Of a stretch of DNA of 64,000 nt, positions 36,365 to 50,400 are shown piece after piece; the stretch's first letter is position 1; every line of letters begins with the position of its first letter. Where the stretch lies: NCBI GenBank assembly GCA_964234715.1, contig OZ174276.1. One strand, 5' to 3'. The notes under the pieces were generated by a model. It had not been told where the DNA came from. It searched no databases and was given only the letters and a program-made list of their open reading frames with translations. The DNA is from Podarcis melisellensis. Its lineage: Eukaryota. A program made the position numbers and the translations under genes.

Positions 36365-39300
36365 TTAGGCTGCACAAAACTTAAAGAGGTGGTTTTTTAA
36401 AAGTGTTTTATAAATAGAAAATAAATTAACGTTGGAGGAAACACTTAGTAGTAGTATATCAAGATTTGCTTCACGGGTTTCAGTCTACTGGTTACGGGCA
36501 TCCTGCAAAAGCAGGAAAGATCTGTCACCTTAAATTCACACATTCTCTTTTACAAAAGGAGAAAATATCTGTAAGCACTTGAACTTATGTTGATTCATAT
36601 CCCAGTAACACTTTTGACTGCAACTTTAATGAATGAGTTAAGCAGTGCAATATCCCCTTACAGTATTAATAAATGATAAGAAATAAATCACACTTCGAAC
36701 ATCTATATACATGGTGCTTCATAAGTAAAACAGTATTTGTTTTTCAGGAACACCATGGCCAGAGGAACTTAAAATATTTGCATTCCTTAGCTGCTTCATC
36801 TTATATGCTTACAACAACAGTGGGATGCTGAGGGGGAGGGCAATCAGGAAGAGAAAGGGCATGCTCCCCCAGGCTAAATTAGAATCTGGGAAAGCAGGTA
36901 AGAGGAATACCAGGGAATCAGAAGAGAAAAGGCATTAGGGGAGCAGTTTCCCACAGGCGGCGGAGAAACGTGCACGGCAGCACCCAGGTCATAAGAATGA
37001 CCTGTCCAAAACCTAGTTTTGTGTAGACATCCTTGCTCCTTTTAATTGTTTTACATTTCCTTCCTGCCAAGAAGCCACACAGACTGTGGTCATTTGACTA
37101 GGTATATCTTTAGAAACTGGGCTGGCATCAGCAGTCTCGAGCTTCTATCTCTGCCGGACATGCTTGTCTCCCAACCATGCTTTTCCTGTAGTAGCGGCCG
37201 GAGTAATAGGAGTAATAATGGGAGCGACAGGAGCCACAGCAGCAATACAGAATGGCAGGATGGGGGTGGATCCGTCACATCCCACTCTCAAGTTTCTTAT
37301 TGTGGCTTCCCCCCTGCCCCACTTTGCTCACAAAATTTAGAACCATGATTTCTAAAGTGTGAAGAAACTTCCAGAAGGAAGGGTGGCGGTGGAGGGAACA
37401 CGCATCACCCTATTGCTAGGGTGGGCTATATTTTAGACAATGCTCAGATTCCCTCCATTTGGAAAACTTTACAGCAGTTGACAAGGACCCAGATGCAACA
37501 AGTGGAAGTTATAGCACCTCCACTGTTCATTTCCCACAGTGGGCATAGGTAGGTCCAGAGGGGCCAATGAATGCTCTGAAAGCACATGATGCTCGGCAGA
37601 TCTGAGTCAGATCAGCGCTCTGATAGGTCAACCATCGGCCTTGGCATACAAGTACCTGGACACTTGTCAGATACATAGTTGTGCTGGTAACATAGCTACT
37701 ACAGAGGCCTAGTCAGGTGGTAGACTACTTAGAGGTCAAAATAGTAGAGAAAGCTTTGATCAGTGCATTCAGCTCAGGAAGTGTCCTTAAGCACCAGGAG
37801 CCAATACTTGTCATAGGTGGATGAGTTTCTGACTTCTAGTTTTCAGAGGTTCTTTCCCCTATGGAAAACGTTCACTGTGCAAAACCATTGAGGTAGCATC
37901 CTTCATGGTGGCTTCCGAAAGCAAAACATGTAAAGTAAAGCAAGAATAGACCCTCAGTGGTACACTTAGCACATGGCCACTCAGCAGCAACCAATGAACT
38001 GTAATAAGAGAATAATGAGATGGAGAATCAGAGCAAGACTGAGCATCCATGTACATCACGCACAAGGCTGCATGTGAGTGTGTGAGGTGGAGAGATGAAA
38101 GATAATGTAGATGGAGAAGACACTGGGCTGAGAGGTCTGTCCCTATATACATGCATTTTTCCACCACTAACTTTAAAGGAATCAGGGTCACGGTTACAAA
38201 TTTTTATTGCCTTCTGCTTTTTGAAGTCCTTCTGGCTTTCATTTTCACCACGTTAGTCAAGAGGAAGGGCTTTAATTTTTTTTTTTTAATGGTTAACTTG
38301 TGTCTTTCATTCCTCAATTAAAGCCACACCCAAATCTAGCCCCTGACACTCCAATGGAGTTAGTGGCCTGAACTGTTAGGCCCTGAAGCTAAAAGCAAGA
38401 GGAACGCACTGCTCAGTTGAGCAAGCGTAGTCTTGGCTCCTAGTATCTGGAGGCTTTGTTCTGTCTGCCAAGCTACACATCTAATTTTCAGTATTGTAGA
38501 TCTTTGAGCTTTGTGAGCATTCTGACATGTGCAAGCAACTCCTGCATTCACGTTTCCCACCTCATTTCAATGTGAAGATGGCAATGGCCATGTGCAATGA
38601 GGATGTATTACCCCTCTCACAGAAGTGCATGCAGAGCACCACGTACATCAGAAACTCTCTTAGTGCAGACCCAGGTCATTGAGCCTGAGTTTCCGCAGCC
38701 ATCACCTTCCATGAATTACTATGGGCAGGACTTGGCAGCAACAGCAGAAGATATGTTCTATGTTTATGATCATATTTTATTCTCTTGTTAATTATGGTGG
38801 TTTTATATTTGACTTCCTTTAGTAATGTTTTCTTTTGAAATGTTCAAGTTTTTTTGTGAACTTTCCTGTGCTAAATATGTTTTCTGTATGTAGTTGACCT
38901 CCTTCACAATGTTTTATTTTGAAATCTTTAAAATAATATTTTAGCTTCCTGTTAATTATGTCACTTTTAATGTATATTTTATATTTGACTTTCTTTGGTA
39001 ATGTTTATTCTGGATGGTTTTATTTGATGTTTTAATGTGTTGTAAACCGCTTTGAGATTTTTCTGTAAAAATATAAAGCAGTATAGAAATGAAATGAAAA
39101 ATAAATATTAATAACATATCCATATATCCAGAAGTAGATGGAGTGGGAAGTTGGCTGTGATGCAGTGTACATGAAACACCTCCCCAGTCTCTTCTCAGGA
39201 AAGGGTACATTTTGAGGTGCAGAATGGGGATTCAGTCCTTGTGAACATAAATAAATAATTCCCTCCATAGGAAAGCCTGGGGTGCTCATGCAAAACATCT

Positions 39301-41149
39301 TTATGAACATGAACCAGTCTATGTGGCTTGAGCACATGTAATCCATGCTTGGTGGCTCACAAAACAAGATCCTTTCCCTGGACATGAAGATTCCTAGCTC
39401 AAGTCCTGCGTCCCTGACAATGAGATGGAATTGCAAATGGAAGATGGAAACCTGTTCTAAACTTGCAGTGCAGGATGAAAGAAAACAGAATGGCTGAGTG
39501 GGAGTAAGGGAAGAGGTACAGTTAGAAAGGGTTAAGCATCCTTTTGCTCCCTGAAGCTATCACTTAACAAAACAGTTAGACTGAAAAGACAGAAGGGGTG
39601 GGGAAAACATTTGGATGTTGTACAAAAAATGTGTTCTGTGTTAATGAAAATAAATGAAAGCATTTTTGTGAAATCCCATGAAAATATAACCATTTTGAAA
39701 CAAAAATAATTCTGATCCGTCCTGAATACAAATCTTTATATCCAATTTACTGCTGGACATATCTGCCTCCAGTATAAATTCTGGGCTCCAGATGGCTAGA
39801 CACTATTGACACATGAACAATTTCACTGTCCCTCAGTACATGTTTAGAGGTGTCCTGAGGAGAATCATAACAGGCATTGAAATCAGTGTACTAAGGGCTT
39901 GAGGACACCCTCCCCATTGAAGCAGGGCATTATCACTATATAATGAGAGAACTCCTTGCCTCTAAAACATGGGTACCTGCAGCTGCATCCTAAACAAACT
40001 TACTGAGATACAAGCCCCATTACTTCTGGGTAAACATACATAGGATTGCATTCAATGCGTGTGTGTATTAGGGAGGTAATTGGTTCTGAAGGATGACAGC
40101 TCTAAGTGTTGTGGGTTAAGTACCCTCTAGAAACCTATGTGAAATGTCTTGCTTTCTCATATTTAAGGCACAACACCATCTTGCTTTGCACACTAAACCC
40201 TTCTCTATGCTTCCACAAATTTTGCTGCTGGAGGTTCTTTGTTGGTGCTCTCAAAGAGCGGAGCTACATCAGCAGGAAGATGGGGAAACAGCAGATGTAA
40301 CTGTGTCACTCATGGGCCTCTTGCAAAACAGCTCTCCTCCTTACGAATGCTGGGATTTATTTATTTATCTAACACATTGTTAGAAACAATGTCCCTGCCA
40401 GCAACTAACCCATGTTGCTTCCTTTAGGTAAAGGCAAAACACGCAAACAATGGTTGGGACAGAGATAGGTGCTCCTCTGTTCTGCTCATGAGAACTGATC
40501 AGAGGGCTGGGCACAAATATTGTCCCGTGGAACTGGGTGGAGGATACTAGGAAGGATGCAAAATAACAAAAACTGAAGACACCTCTCTTAGCTTTATGAC
40601 CTGTTAGGCAACAGCACTATACTAGGGTTGCAGGGGGTGGGAGGGGGGAGAGAAAGAAAATGTACGGTCTGTGCAGGTTTAGGTTCTGGGATTCCTCCAG
40701 ATGTATCCTGTCTGAGGCTCTCCACAAGTACAACAGGAAAAGGAACAAACTATCCTTTGGAATACACCATAAACTGCATTTATTGTACTGGGGGGGGGGG
40801 TGGAATGCGGGAAACATAGGATGACAGTAGTATTGACCAGTCATCTTGGAACCCCCCCTCATATCAATGTGTCCTACATTCCTTGATTCATCTTTTGTTC
40901 CCTTTTAACTGCTGTCCCTTGCCATAGTAAAAAGGAGCTTTCAAAATAAGTTAGTGACAATCGTTATTGCTGCTCTAGGTACATTGCCTTTGAAATAATC
41001 TGGAAATGCACATGTTATAAGTAAGGCTTGTTATTCTGATTCCACATCTGGATGGTTGGCCCTGTTCTTGAGCATCCTGGCATCTCATTCTTAAGTAATG
41101 AGCTTGCGTGTTTTATCTTCTCCCCCCCTCCTATGCTTGGCTTTAAATA

Positions 41150-41285
41150 AGACTTCCTGGTTTGTTAAGCCACGGTTTACCATGATGTCAACCTGGGAAA
41201 CTGATTTAAGTGCTCCCTTCAGATCAGGATAAGTTTCTGAATTCAGACATCACAGGAAACTATGTCTCAACAAACCAGGAAAGTT
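41150..41285. mobile_element. Degenerate palindromic MITE core
   Basis: cttcctggtttgttaagccacggtttaccatgatgtc is inverted relative to gacatcacaggaaactatgtctcaacaaaccaggaaag. Confidence 0.55.
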
Positions 41286-41794
41286 CTTCTGCAGCTAAAC
41301 ATACAAGAAGAAGAAGAGGGAAGGTTTCAGAGGAGGGAGTGGTGGAGCTTTTCACTCATTCCTACACCAGTGAATCATGGTTTCTTGGGCTGTAAATATA
41401 ACATTTTAAATTGAACCAGTAGCAACTAAAGATGTACTGTTGTGTTGAAGGAAGGACCAAACCAGATGCATGTGTGTTTATAGCATTCATGCTTGCCAGT
41501 TTGGCTCTAAAGTGATAAACCCTATAAGAATCAAGCCTGTTCTTGCCGTATGTTCTATGCCCTGCTGCTTTAAAACTTTTTTACCTTCAGCCTAGTTCTG
41601 ATACCAGAAGTAAGCTGGCTGGAGGGGAAAGAACATTAAAGCAGCAAAGCATGTGGAGTAAAGGAGAGGGCAGGTTTTGTTCCTGTCAACCATGTGCTTA
41701 CTGTTTACTATTAGATTCTAAAGGATGACTGAATATTGCTTTACGTATTTGATATACGTTATTTTAAATCTATGGTGACTTTATATTAGATCAG

Positions 41795-41927
41795 ATTGTT
41801 ACTGTTAATGTTTGATGTTTTATTATGTTTTTATATATGTTGCATGCTGCCCAGAGTAGCTGGGCCAACCCAGCCAGAAGGGCAGGGTATTAACAGCAGC
41901 AGCAGCAGCAGCAGCAACAACAACAAT
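41795..41927 (+). mobile_element. L2 3' tail ending in (CAG)n(CAA)n
   Basis: gctgcccagagtagctgggccaacccagccagaagggcagggta is homologous to the L2 tail at about 20157-20200. Confidence 0.75.
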
Positions 41928-42113
41928 TACTGCTTCTTTAAGACTCAGAAATTAACCCTTACCCTGGCAAACCCATGTTCAATAATCACATGTACATCCA
42001 GCTTAGTCCCAAGAGTATTCAAAATGTTTTGAATTCAAAGTAGGTATTCAAAGTGTTTGTGATACTGAGAATTAAGGCAGCAGCATTCTAGGGAGTTAAA
42101 ACATCTGTTAAAT

Positions 42114-42249
42114 CAGGCTTCCTCAGCCTCGGCCCTCCAGATGTGTTTAGCCTACAACTCCCATGATCCCTAGCTAGCAGGACCAGTGGTCAGGGATGCT
42201 AGGAATTGTAGTCTCAAAACATCTGGAGGGCCGAGGTTGAGGAAGCCTG
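42114..42249. mobile_element. Palindromic hAT MITE, 136 bp
   Basis: 30-bp TIR CAGGCTTCCTCA(G/A)CCTCGGCCCTCCAGATG; perfect 8-bp TSD TGTTAAAT at 42106-42113 and 42250-42257. Confidence 0.92.
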
Positions 42250-45200
42250 TGTTAAATTCAACTGAGGGGCAGTGAGTAAAGTTCATTAAGAGAGAAGTGT
42301 GAGAGTTAAAATAGGAATAGTAAATGATTAGTACATTAACAGCTGTTGTTGTTTATGCTTAATTGGTTCTAATTATCATTTCCAACTTCATGGGCAGGTG
42401 TCTCCACCTCTTCTCTAAAGTCTGTCAATGACAGGGTGTGACATTGCCAGTTCATCACACCAACAACACAGGTTGCTATGCTGTGGTCTAAAGTGTGCTT
42501 AAGTATAAAAAAAATAATGGTGAGTGGTGGGATATCCATTGTATGGTATTCTATACTCCTATAGTTTGGAAATAATTATTATTCACCAGTTACATTGCAT
42601 TTTTTAAAAAAATGAAGAAGATGCTTTTAAATATTTATCCTGTACATATTCACAACAATTATTCAAAAGTTACAATAGAAAGCCAAAGAAGGCTCAAGAG
42701 ATTCCCTTAGGTGATCTCTAGTTGAACTCATGACTTCTGCATTCAAACATTTTATCTACTGGACGATGCTAATTCCCTGCTTAAATGAGAAGCAACTCTT
42801 TAAAACAACGACCAAACAACAACAACAAATACCTGGCCTAGGAGCCACATGACACCCCTCCAAACAAACTTTCTCTGTCGTTCCCCCCACCCATTTTTGT
42901 TGCAACAGCAGCAAAAAGAGAAGAAGAAAAACACTAAAGTTGACACTGCACTAGAATCCCATGACCCTGATGGGATGGATCTTTCACCCCTTCCTAGTTA
43001 TCAGATTAATCATCTGATAATTGGGGAGACAGCATCCTACTCAGCTCAGCTACTTGGATCAGCTCAAGAGAGGGGACTGTGAGAGTTGACCAAGGGTGCC
43101 CCTCAGGCGAAAAAAGGTGAACATCTCTGCTCTAAAACAAGAAGCCCCTTAAAATGATGGTTGTCTGGCAACAACTGGATGCTTGAGCGCATTTCAGAGG
43201 GTTGACCGCAATCTTTGGGTAGTCATTTTGCTGTTACATTCACAGCTTTGGAAGTAAACACAAAGGCAGGATCTGATCCTCAAATTTAAAAATCCCTTCT
43301 TCCAGATTCATTTGCAACTCTATTCCCTCTAATCCAAAATCACCACTTTGTATAGACACTTTGTATAGTTGACCCCACCAGGTTGAAATTCTCACTGGTG
43401 CCTGCAAAGGTACAACAAGCCCCTCCAGACAGTTGATTTTCGCAGGGAGGTCTGCTATGAAATGGCAGCTGACTTACATGCAGATGGTTTGTGTCTCAAG
43501 TAAAACCCCAAGGTGTGAAGGAGATACTCCTGCTAGACTATAATGCCCTTCCTCTCTCTCCAAGATTTATATGCTGTGACCTTCATCCTTTGGGTTTTTT
43601 CTCCAGAGCCTCATGGAGGAAACCAAGTGAGCTCACACGCATACATGATGACGAGTTAACATATAGCATCCATGCAGCTGTAAAAAGTATGAGTCATTGT
43701 GTCTCATATGTGCATATATTATTCTAATATTCACATACTATTAACATGGAGAAAGAATTAGTGTAATTAAAAAGGCATGCAGCAACTCCAGTAATATTTG
43801 TTTTCTCAAGATGGTTTCCAAGAGAGCTGGCAGCAGGATAGTAAAATAAACACAACTGGATTGATGGGACATTGAAAAAGGAAGCAGGATTCTGTAGCTC
43901 CTGACACCTTGTCTATTTCTGGAAAACTGGGTTTCCTATTCCTATCCTTGATCTTTCAGTTTATGGTTTTTAAAGGGGCAAACTGCAGACAAGGGTCTTT
44001 ATCCAAAGTGGATTCATTGTCTGCCATTGCTTAAATGTACTTGTCACCAAACGTCTTCTATTAATTGAGATTGTTGACTCAAGATATCTTGTGCATAACC
44101 ATATCATTATTGGCATGTTTCCATTCCTCTTTATCCTTGATATGGATAGCTCATTGCTGGGCAAGGGGGGATAATTTCCCTAAAACAGCATTTGTTAATG
44201 ATTGCAACATGCATAATCAGAAAGAGTCCTTGATGTACTGACATGTTAGCAACAAGATTTAGTGGTCCAGTTACTTTTTTTGTTCACTGTAATTTGTTTT
44301 TACTAAAACAAAGTAAAGGGGGGACTGAACACCCCACCTATGTTTTAGTTGATTTTTAACATTACAGAAAACACTCCTGAGAACTAAACAATACCAAGAT
44401 ATGCACAGGTCATGAGTTGTAAAGAGAGAGAGAGAAAATGCACAGTCGAGTTCTTTCAGGGGTACCTGTAGTTGTGTTAAGTTTGTGCAGCAAAAGCAAA
44501 AAATCTTGTAGCACTTTTAACTACAGTATTAGCAAAAGCTTTCATGGCCCACACTTCACTTCATAAGTTCATGAAAGCTTAAGCCATGATACACTTATTC
44601 CTATCTTTGAGGTGCCACAATACTTTTTTGTTTCTTTCTGGAATCAATCTTGTGGTTGGGGTTCTGTCTCTTTTAAAACATGCAGTTACTTTTCCACAAG
44701 CCCCTCATGTAACCCTTATTATTCTAACCTACATAAGGGAACTCAAACAGATTTATCTGCAACGTTGTAAATGAAGATCTTTAGAAACCACCTGAAAATG
44801 TAACAGCTGCAATATTTTTTATGATAAGCAAATCTCATTTTTTAATTTTCATATGGGTGGCAGAGAAATCCGTGAATATCAATCTGAAATCCTCCAATGG
44901 GGCCAAATTTTTACTAGTGCTGTAGTTGGAAGTTTTGAAGAGGATTATCATGTTTTTCCTCAAGAGTACCATTTCAAATTTTGGTGGTAGAAGTGGGAAT
45001 AAAGTTCACAGCAAACTTCAAGTCCTGATATTGAATATATTCAACACCAAGTTACAAAGAAGCATTGGACTTTCACAGAGATATTGATGATAAATGATTA
45101 TGTAGTCATGAGAGGAGGGGGATGCTTTCTCATGCCCTCCCTAGGTGGTACCCATTTTCCCATTAATTTGATTCCTTGGACTTACTGGGGAACATTCAGA

Positions 45201-45469
45201 TTGCTCAGTGACAGCACAGTTTCTTTGCAATTATTCTGTGCCATTGCTCTGGTAGTCCCACTTGATGCATAAGTATATTCTTGATGCAACTTGATGCTTA
45301 TTGCAAGCAGAAACTGATATACTTTTGCCATGAATTGTAGGGCTGTGCCCACACTGGCATCGTAATGCAGAATCTGCTACAGAAATTCATGCAAACACTT
45401 TAAAGAGTTTGCATAGCGCTTTACAATCTGTGACTATTGGTCCTTTACAACCTGGTTATGTGTATGAAC

Positions 45470-45658
45470 CAAAGGAGCCAACTCCAAGGGGTCAAAGTCC
45501 CTTCGCCCCCATTAAAATATTTGAGGGGGCTGCCCCCCCCAAGTTGATGGACATTGCCATTCAAATGGTGTGTGCGTGCCATGTCTTGTGATTGATTATG
45601 TGGGGAGGGGTTTATCTGACACACGCTTCCCAATATTTTATTCAAGTTGGCACCCCTG
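45470..45658. mobile_element. hAT-type MITE (inverted copy of the family at 63782-63964)
   Basis: Ends CAAAGGAGCCAACT / AGTTGGCACCCCTG; shared core cattgccattcaaatggtgtgtgc. Confidence 0.75.
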
Positions 45659-46959
45659 GACTATGAACCCTTACCCCACAGCATAACATTGGCCAGTGAC
45701 TAGTACATATCAGAAAGACCCTTTGGCAAACTGACAGGTGAGTAGAACAATTGTTCCTTACTGGTCCAAGGATGTTGGCAATTCATTGTAATTTGCCAAA
45801 GACAAATTGTGTGAGTGGCTTACACAGAATTCTTCCTTTGTCCTTCCTGGTTATCCCCTGCCCTTTATTATAGGAGCCTTTGGGTTTTCTTTCTTATGAT
45901 CAATTTCTGCCTTTCTGTGCTTATCTTCTAAACACTACGTTCCTACCCATGAGCAACAGATTATATGGGCCGGTTCCCAGTTTGCTCCCACTGCTCTCCT
46001 GGTTGTTGCATGTGCATGTTATTCAGGGAGGGGGCATTTCCGTAAAGTCAACCCCTGGCTGCATGACTGTGTCCCCAGCTCCACATACCTATCATCACTC
46101 AGCTGTCACAGCTCATGACGGCTCAGTCTAAGAAACTTTCACACTTAATTCCATTTATGCACTCTGCAGTTTCGAAAACAGGTGTTTGGTCAGAGCTAGA
46201 GGGATACGGACTCTTTGTTTTGCTAAGTGGGAAGATCACAGAAGCAAATGGGAGCTGTGTAGAATTTCAAAGCTGAGGATGAAATACTCAAGACCTTTCA
46301 GAGCCATTTTTAAAAGCTTCCCTTCCTGCCAGCAGGAAATCCTCTCCTGCATCCTCATCCCTAAGTCTCAAAATGCTTCAGCATTTTTTGCACTTCCTTT
46401 TGCCTCCCTCTTGGAGGATTTGGCAGATCTGCTGATTCACAGAGTTTCCTCTCAGTGAAGTATTTAGTATACACTATGCCCTTTGTGCTGACTCCCTTCC
46501 CAGTCTGATGAAACCATGGGCTGGTTTTGTGACGGGGTTAGAAGAGCAAGCCCTAATCATTCTTCAAGTCCACTTGGCCCATTCTGATTGAAATAACACA
46601 GGTGGGGTTAGGGATGAGGATCTGGTCAGCCACATCTTCGGCTCCCACACTCATGTGGGCCACTCTGACAAGTGAGCAGGGGCACTCACTTATCAATCAC
46701 CTGACCCAGCTTCAAAGGAAAGAATTGGGCAAGTGCTCTAAGTGTGATCTCAATTCTTTCCTTTCTTCTTTTGCAGTCTGGTACTGAACTCAAGTCAAGC
46801 TGCAAAGGAAGATCCAGAATGAAAACAGGGCTTGCAGGCACTGCCCATCAGCTGATCGGCACTGGATACAAACCTGATTTTCAACAGGGATCAGCAGCAC
46901 ATAGGAATTCATAAATGCAGCCAATCTCAGCAGAGTTAGCAGCTGCCACTGATCCGCGG

Positions 46960-47330
46960 AAGATTTATTTTATTTTTATTTAGACATTAGTTCTATACTT
47001 GCCATCAACAAAATCCTCTCAGAAGTTTACAAAACTTAATATATATATTTTTTAAAACTCCAAAACAAAATGCAAAATAAAAAAATAAGCTAAGACTAAT
47101 AATATCTATGCTATTTTACAAAATTCAGCATAAAACCAACACAGAGTAGTATAACATCTCTATAAAACCAGCTTTAAAAGAATGATTAATGTCAGAATTG
47201 AAAACCCACCAGAGCATTTAATTGAAAGGCCTAGGAGAATAAAAAGATATTCACCTGGTGCCAAAAGATGCTACCAAGTACCAACTGAGCCTCTCTGAGG
47301 AAGGCATTCAACACCACACTACCCCCTCTC
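46960..47330 (-). mobile_element. Degenerate L2 3' fragment
   Basis: (ATTT)-rich tail, A-rich UTR, then ttcacctggtgccaaaagatg...ctctctgaggaaggcattc, the reverse of the WNALP region. Confidence 0.5.
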
Positions 47331-48856
47331 TCCCGCCCCCCACTTCTTTTCTTCCCAACCCTATACTGCATATAACACCAATGTCTCACAACAAATGTAA
47401 CTGATCTGTAGAAAACACAACTTGAAGAAAGAGACAATGCATGTGCTTTTTTAAATGAGAAAAATATTTTAAAAAAATAATTTTAAAAAAAAACAGCTGG
47501 GGGGCCACCATTGAAAAAGGCCCTCTTCCTCATGACCACCCACCCCACTTCATTAGGCAAGAGAATCAGCCAAAGGAACTGCATAAGGTGGAGAAGTTCT
47601 GGCATAGAGAAGAGACCAGCAGCAACTATGATGTGAAAACAGAGTTTTAAAACTGGCATTTGTTCTAACCTCACAGTCAGCAGATGGTGGGGAAATGGGA
47701 GGTGCAAGAATCAGCTTTGGCCTAGGGATTGGAATCCATTTTTAAAAAATAACACGGGAAATGGCATTTCCCTTCTCAAGCCTCCTTCTCCCCCTGGTTT
47801 GCCTCCAAGTGGATCTCTGAGCATTTCCAGATATTAGTGAATAAGTTGGCAGCCAACTCAATGTCTAGACGGCCTTTGGGGTTTGTTCCTTGTGTCAACA
47901 AGAGTAGAGGTTACTGCTGACTAGTGATGTCAGCACCAGAAGTGTCAGGACGAGCCCACTGATTTTGCCTTCCTGGTTCAAAGTGTGTGCGTTCTTCCGC
48001 TTCTCCTTTGCAGATGTAGTGGCAGGAATTGTACCTCCACCCTGTCCTGCACCAAATCATTTTTCTATAAACACAAAGTTGGTCCACACAGACAAACACC
48101 TTCCAAAGAATTTATTTCAGACTTTAACAGCCACAACTGCCCCAAAGTGGTCTCACAAAATAGAGCTACATTTATAATTAGGGGGCAAAAAAGAGGTAAA
48201 ACCAACAGCACAATAGTGACGCTACTTGATAGGTACATTTGCTAAAACAGCAATTTCACAATTTCAGGAAATATAGCTATCAAGCTACAGTTCTAGCTAC
48301 CATTGTGAACCTATAAAGATCTACATTGTTTGGGCTGTAAATGCCTTAAGCGGAAATAAAAGACAAACAGGGCTCCATTCACTATGGCTGCTTCCACAAC
48401 TCCTGTAAGGCAATCAACACCAGCAAGTACTAATTCAAGCCCATCACTCTTGTTTCCCCTCTCCTGTGTTGCTTCCTTCACCTGTCCACCACTGCCTCGA
48501 CCTAGAGACCATTAACAAAGCATCCTCCAGCCAGTGTTCCATTTCAGTAACCCAGATACTGATGCTTTCTGTAGCAATCAGCAGGAAAAGGCAGTGGGAG
48601 CAAGCAAGGTAGTGAGAGGGAAAGGGCAAGGTTGGCAGGCTTGGACCAGAGCTCAGTTTGTTGTTATGCTTGTCTGATTCCAGAGCAACTCTTTTCTCTG
48701 CAGTCTGAGTGGTCAGCCAAGCTAGCTGACTTTTTGATTGTATCCTCCATGTGTCCGATGGAGGACACATGGGCCACTAGTCTGATGTACCCTATGTTGA
48801 CTCCCCAACTCTGAAGCTTGCTTCCACACACAAAAATGTTTCCTGGGTGCTGTAAC

Positions 48857-48904
<48 letters not shown>

Positions 48905-49096
48905 TTTTATTTATATCCCGCTCTCCCCAGCCGAATCCGGGCTCAGGGTGGCTAACAACAATAAAACCATACAAAAGTGCAGCACAAGCAACACTCTAAA
49001 ATCATTCATTCTAAAATTAATTAATTCAAGCCACTGGCAACCATTGGGCCAGAGCTCCGCGAAGATTGCCGAGGGAGGGAGTTAGGCTGTGCCCTG
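48857..49096 (-). mobile_element. L2-type 3' end with an (AAT)~15 microsatellite tail
   Basis: (AAT)n at 48857-48903, then tttatttatatcccgctctccccagccgaatccgggctcagggtggctaaca. Confidence 0.7.
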
Positions 49097-50059
49097 TAAG
49101 TTTCTACAAATACAGATAAGAATGAAGATAGGTTTATTCTAACCATGTTACTTATATATTTTTAGTTTATTGTAAAGTATAGATACGGAGATATACAGTG
49201 AACTGTTCTGAGTCGTAGCAAGTGAGTGAGGAAAATTTTCAAGTATACTAAATACACATGTAAACAAATAAATCCACACCACAGGGAGACAATCAATTTA
49301 TATTGTGTACTATTTTTATAGGATCAGTGCCAATATCCTTTTTCTGTTTCTCACATGAGGGCATCTGACAGTATCCCATGTGTGCCCCACATGGGGTTAA
49401 TTTTAAGTCTTCCATCACTGTCTTGCCCCCGTCCCATACAAGATTAATTGCTAACACTCTTGCTTTTAGAAATGTATAGCTAATGTATAGCTAATAGTCA
49501 CACTTTTGCCATAATTTACAAGGTGTTGATTATAACAAGGTCAAGTCTGCCCACCCATTCAGAGTTAATCATGCCGAGAGTTAGTCCAGAGTCTTTGTTT
49601 ATCCCAAGTGATGATAAACAAAATAAGTAAAGGATTAGTTAATGGCCTCCAACCTGCTCCACATGGTATTAATTAAACTGTGAGCTCCCAGACCTATCCT
49701 AAAATAGTTCCTAACACGGGCAATGTCCGGCTTCTTTCCAAAATGGAATCTACTCTACAACGACAATATTGAGAAGTTTTAAGATAAACGGCCACCATTA
49801 AATTAAAATTCTGAAAAAAAATCCACTGAAAGGTTGTAAAGTCCACTCATTGACTAATTAAATAAGTAGCTCAATATAAGTGATGTTGGAATGAAGATTA
49901 GAGCTTTTCCCAGCTAAATGACACTTAGAAATAATTTGTAGTCTGGGAAAAAATAAAACTGTATTTATACAAATGAATAAACGCACAAAACCTCTAGGTG
50001 GAACTTCAGAACATCCAGTGTTGTAAGCAGCAATATTCACAACTTTCCCTGCTCAGAAA

Positions 50060-50400
50060 GCATAGAGGGCAGGTTTTAATCATCTCACTTTAGATCTCTT
50101 TTGCTGCAGATGCCAGCCTCCAGAAACATTCTGCATTAGCTTCAGCTTCTAAGCCATCTTCAAGGGCAGCTCCCCATATAGCACATTGCAGCAGTCCAAG
50201 CAGAAAGTCACTACAGCATGGAGAAGTGAGGACATTCTCAGCCTAGGAATGACTACAGCTGATGTACTAGCCTAAGGCTGACATAAGCAGGCCTAGTCAC
50301 AGAAACCACTTGGGACTGCAGTGACAAGCTGAAATCCAGAAGTACTCCCAGAGTCCTAAACTTTTCGTGGAGTGCAACCCCTCCCAGAATAGGCCATTCA
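50060..50400 (-). mobile_element. Degenerate L2 ORF2 fragment
   Basis: The minus strand reads HAVVTFCLDCCNVLYGELPLKMA*KLKLMQNVS, resembling the L2 motif HALVTSRLDYCNALYxGLPxKxxxKLQLVQNAA. Confidence 0.7.
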
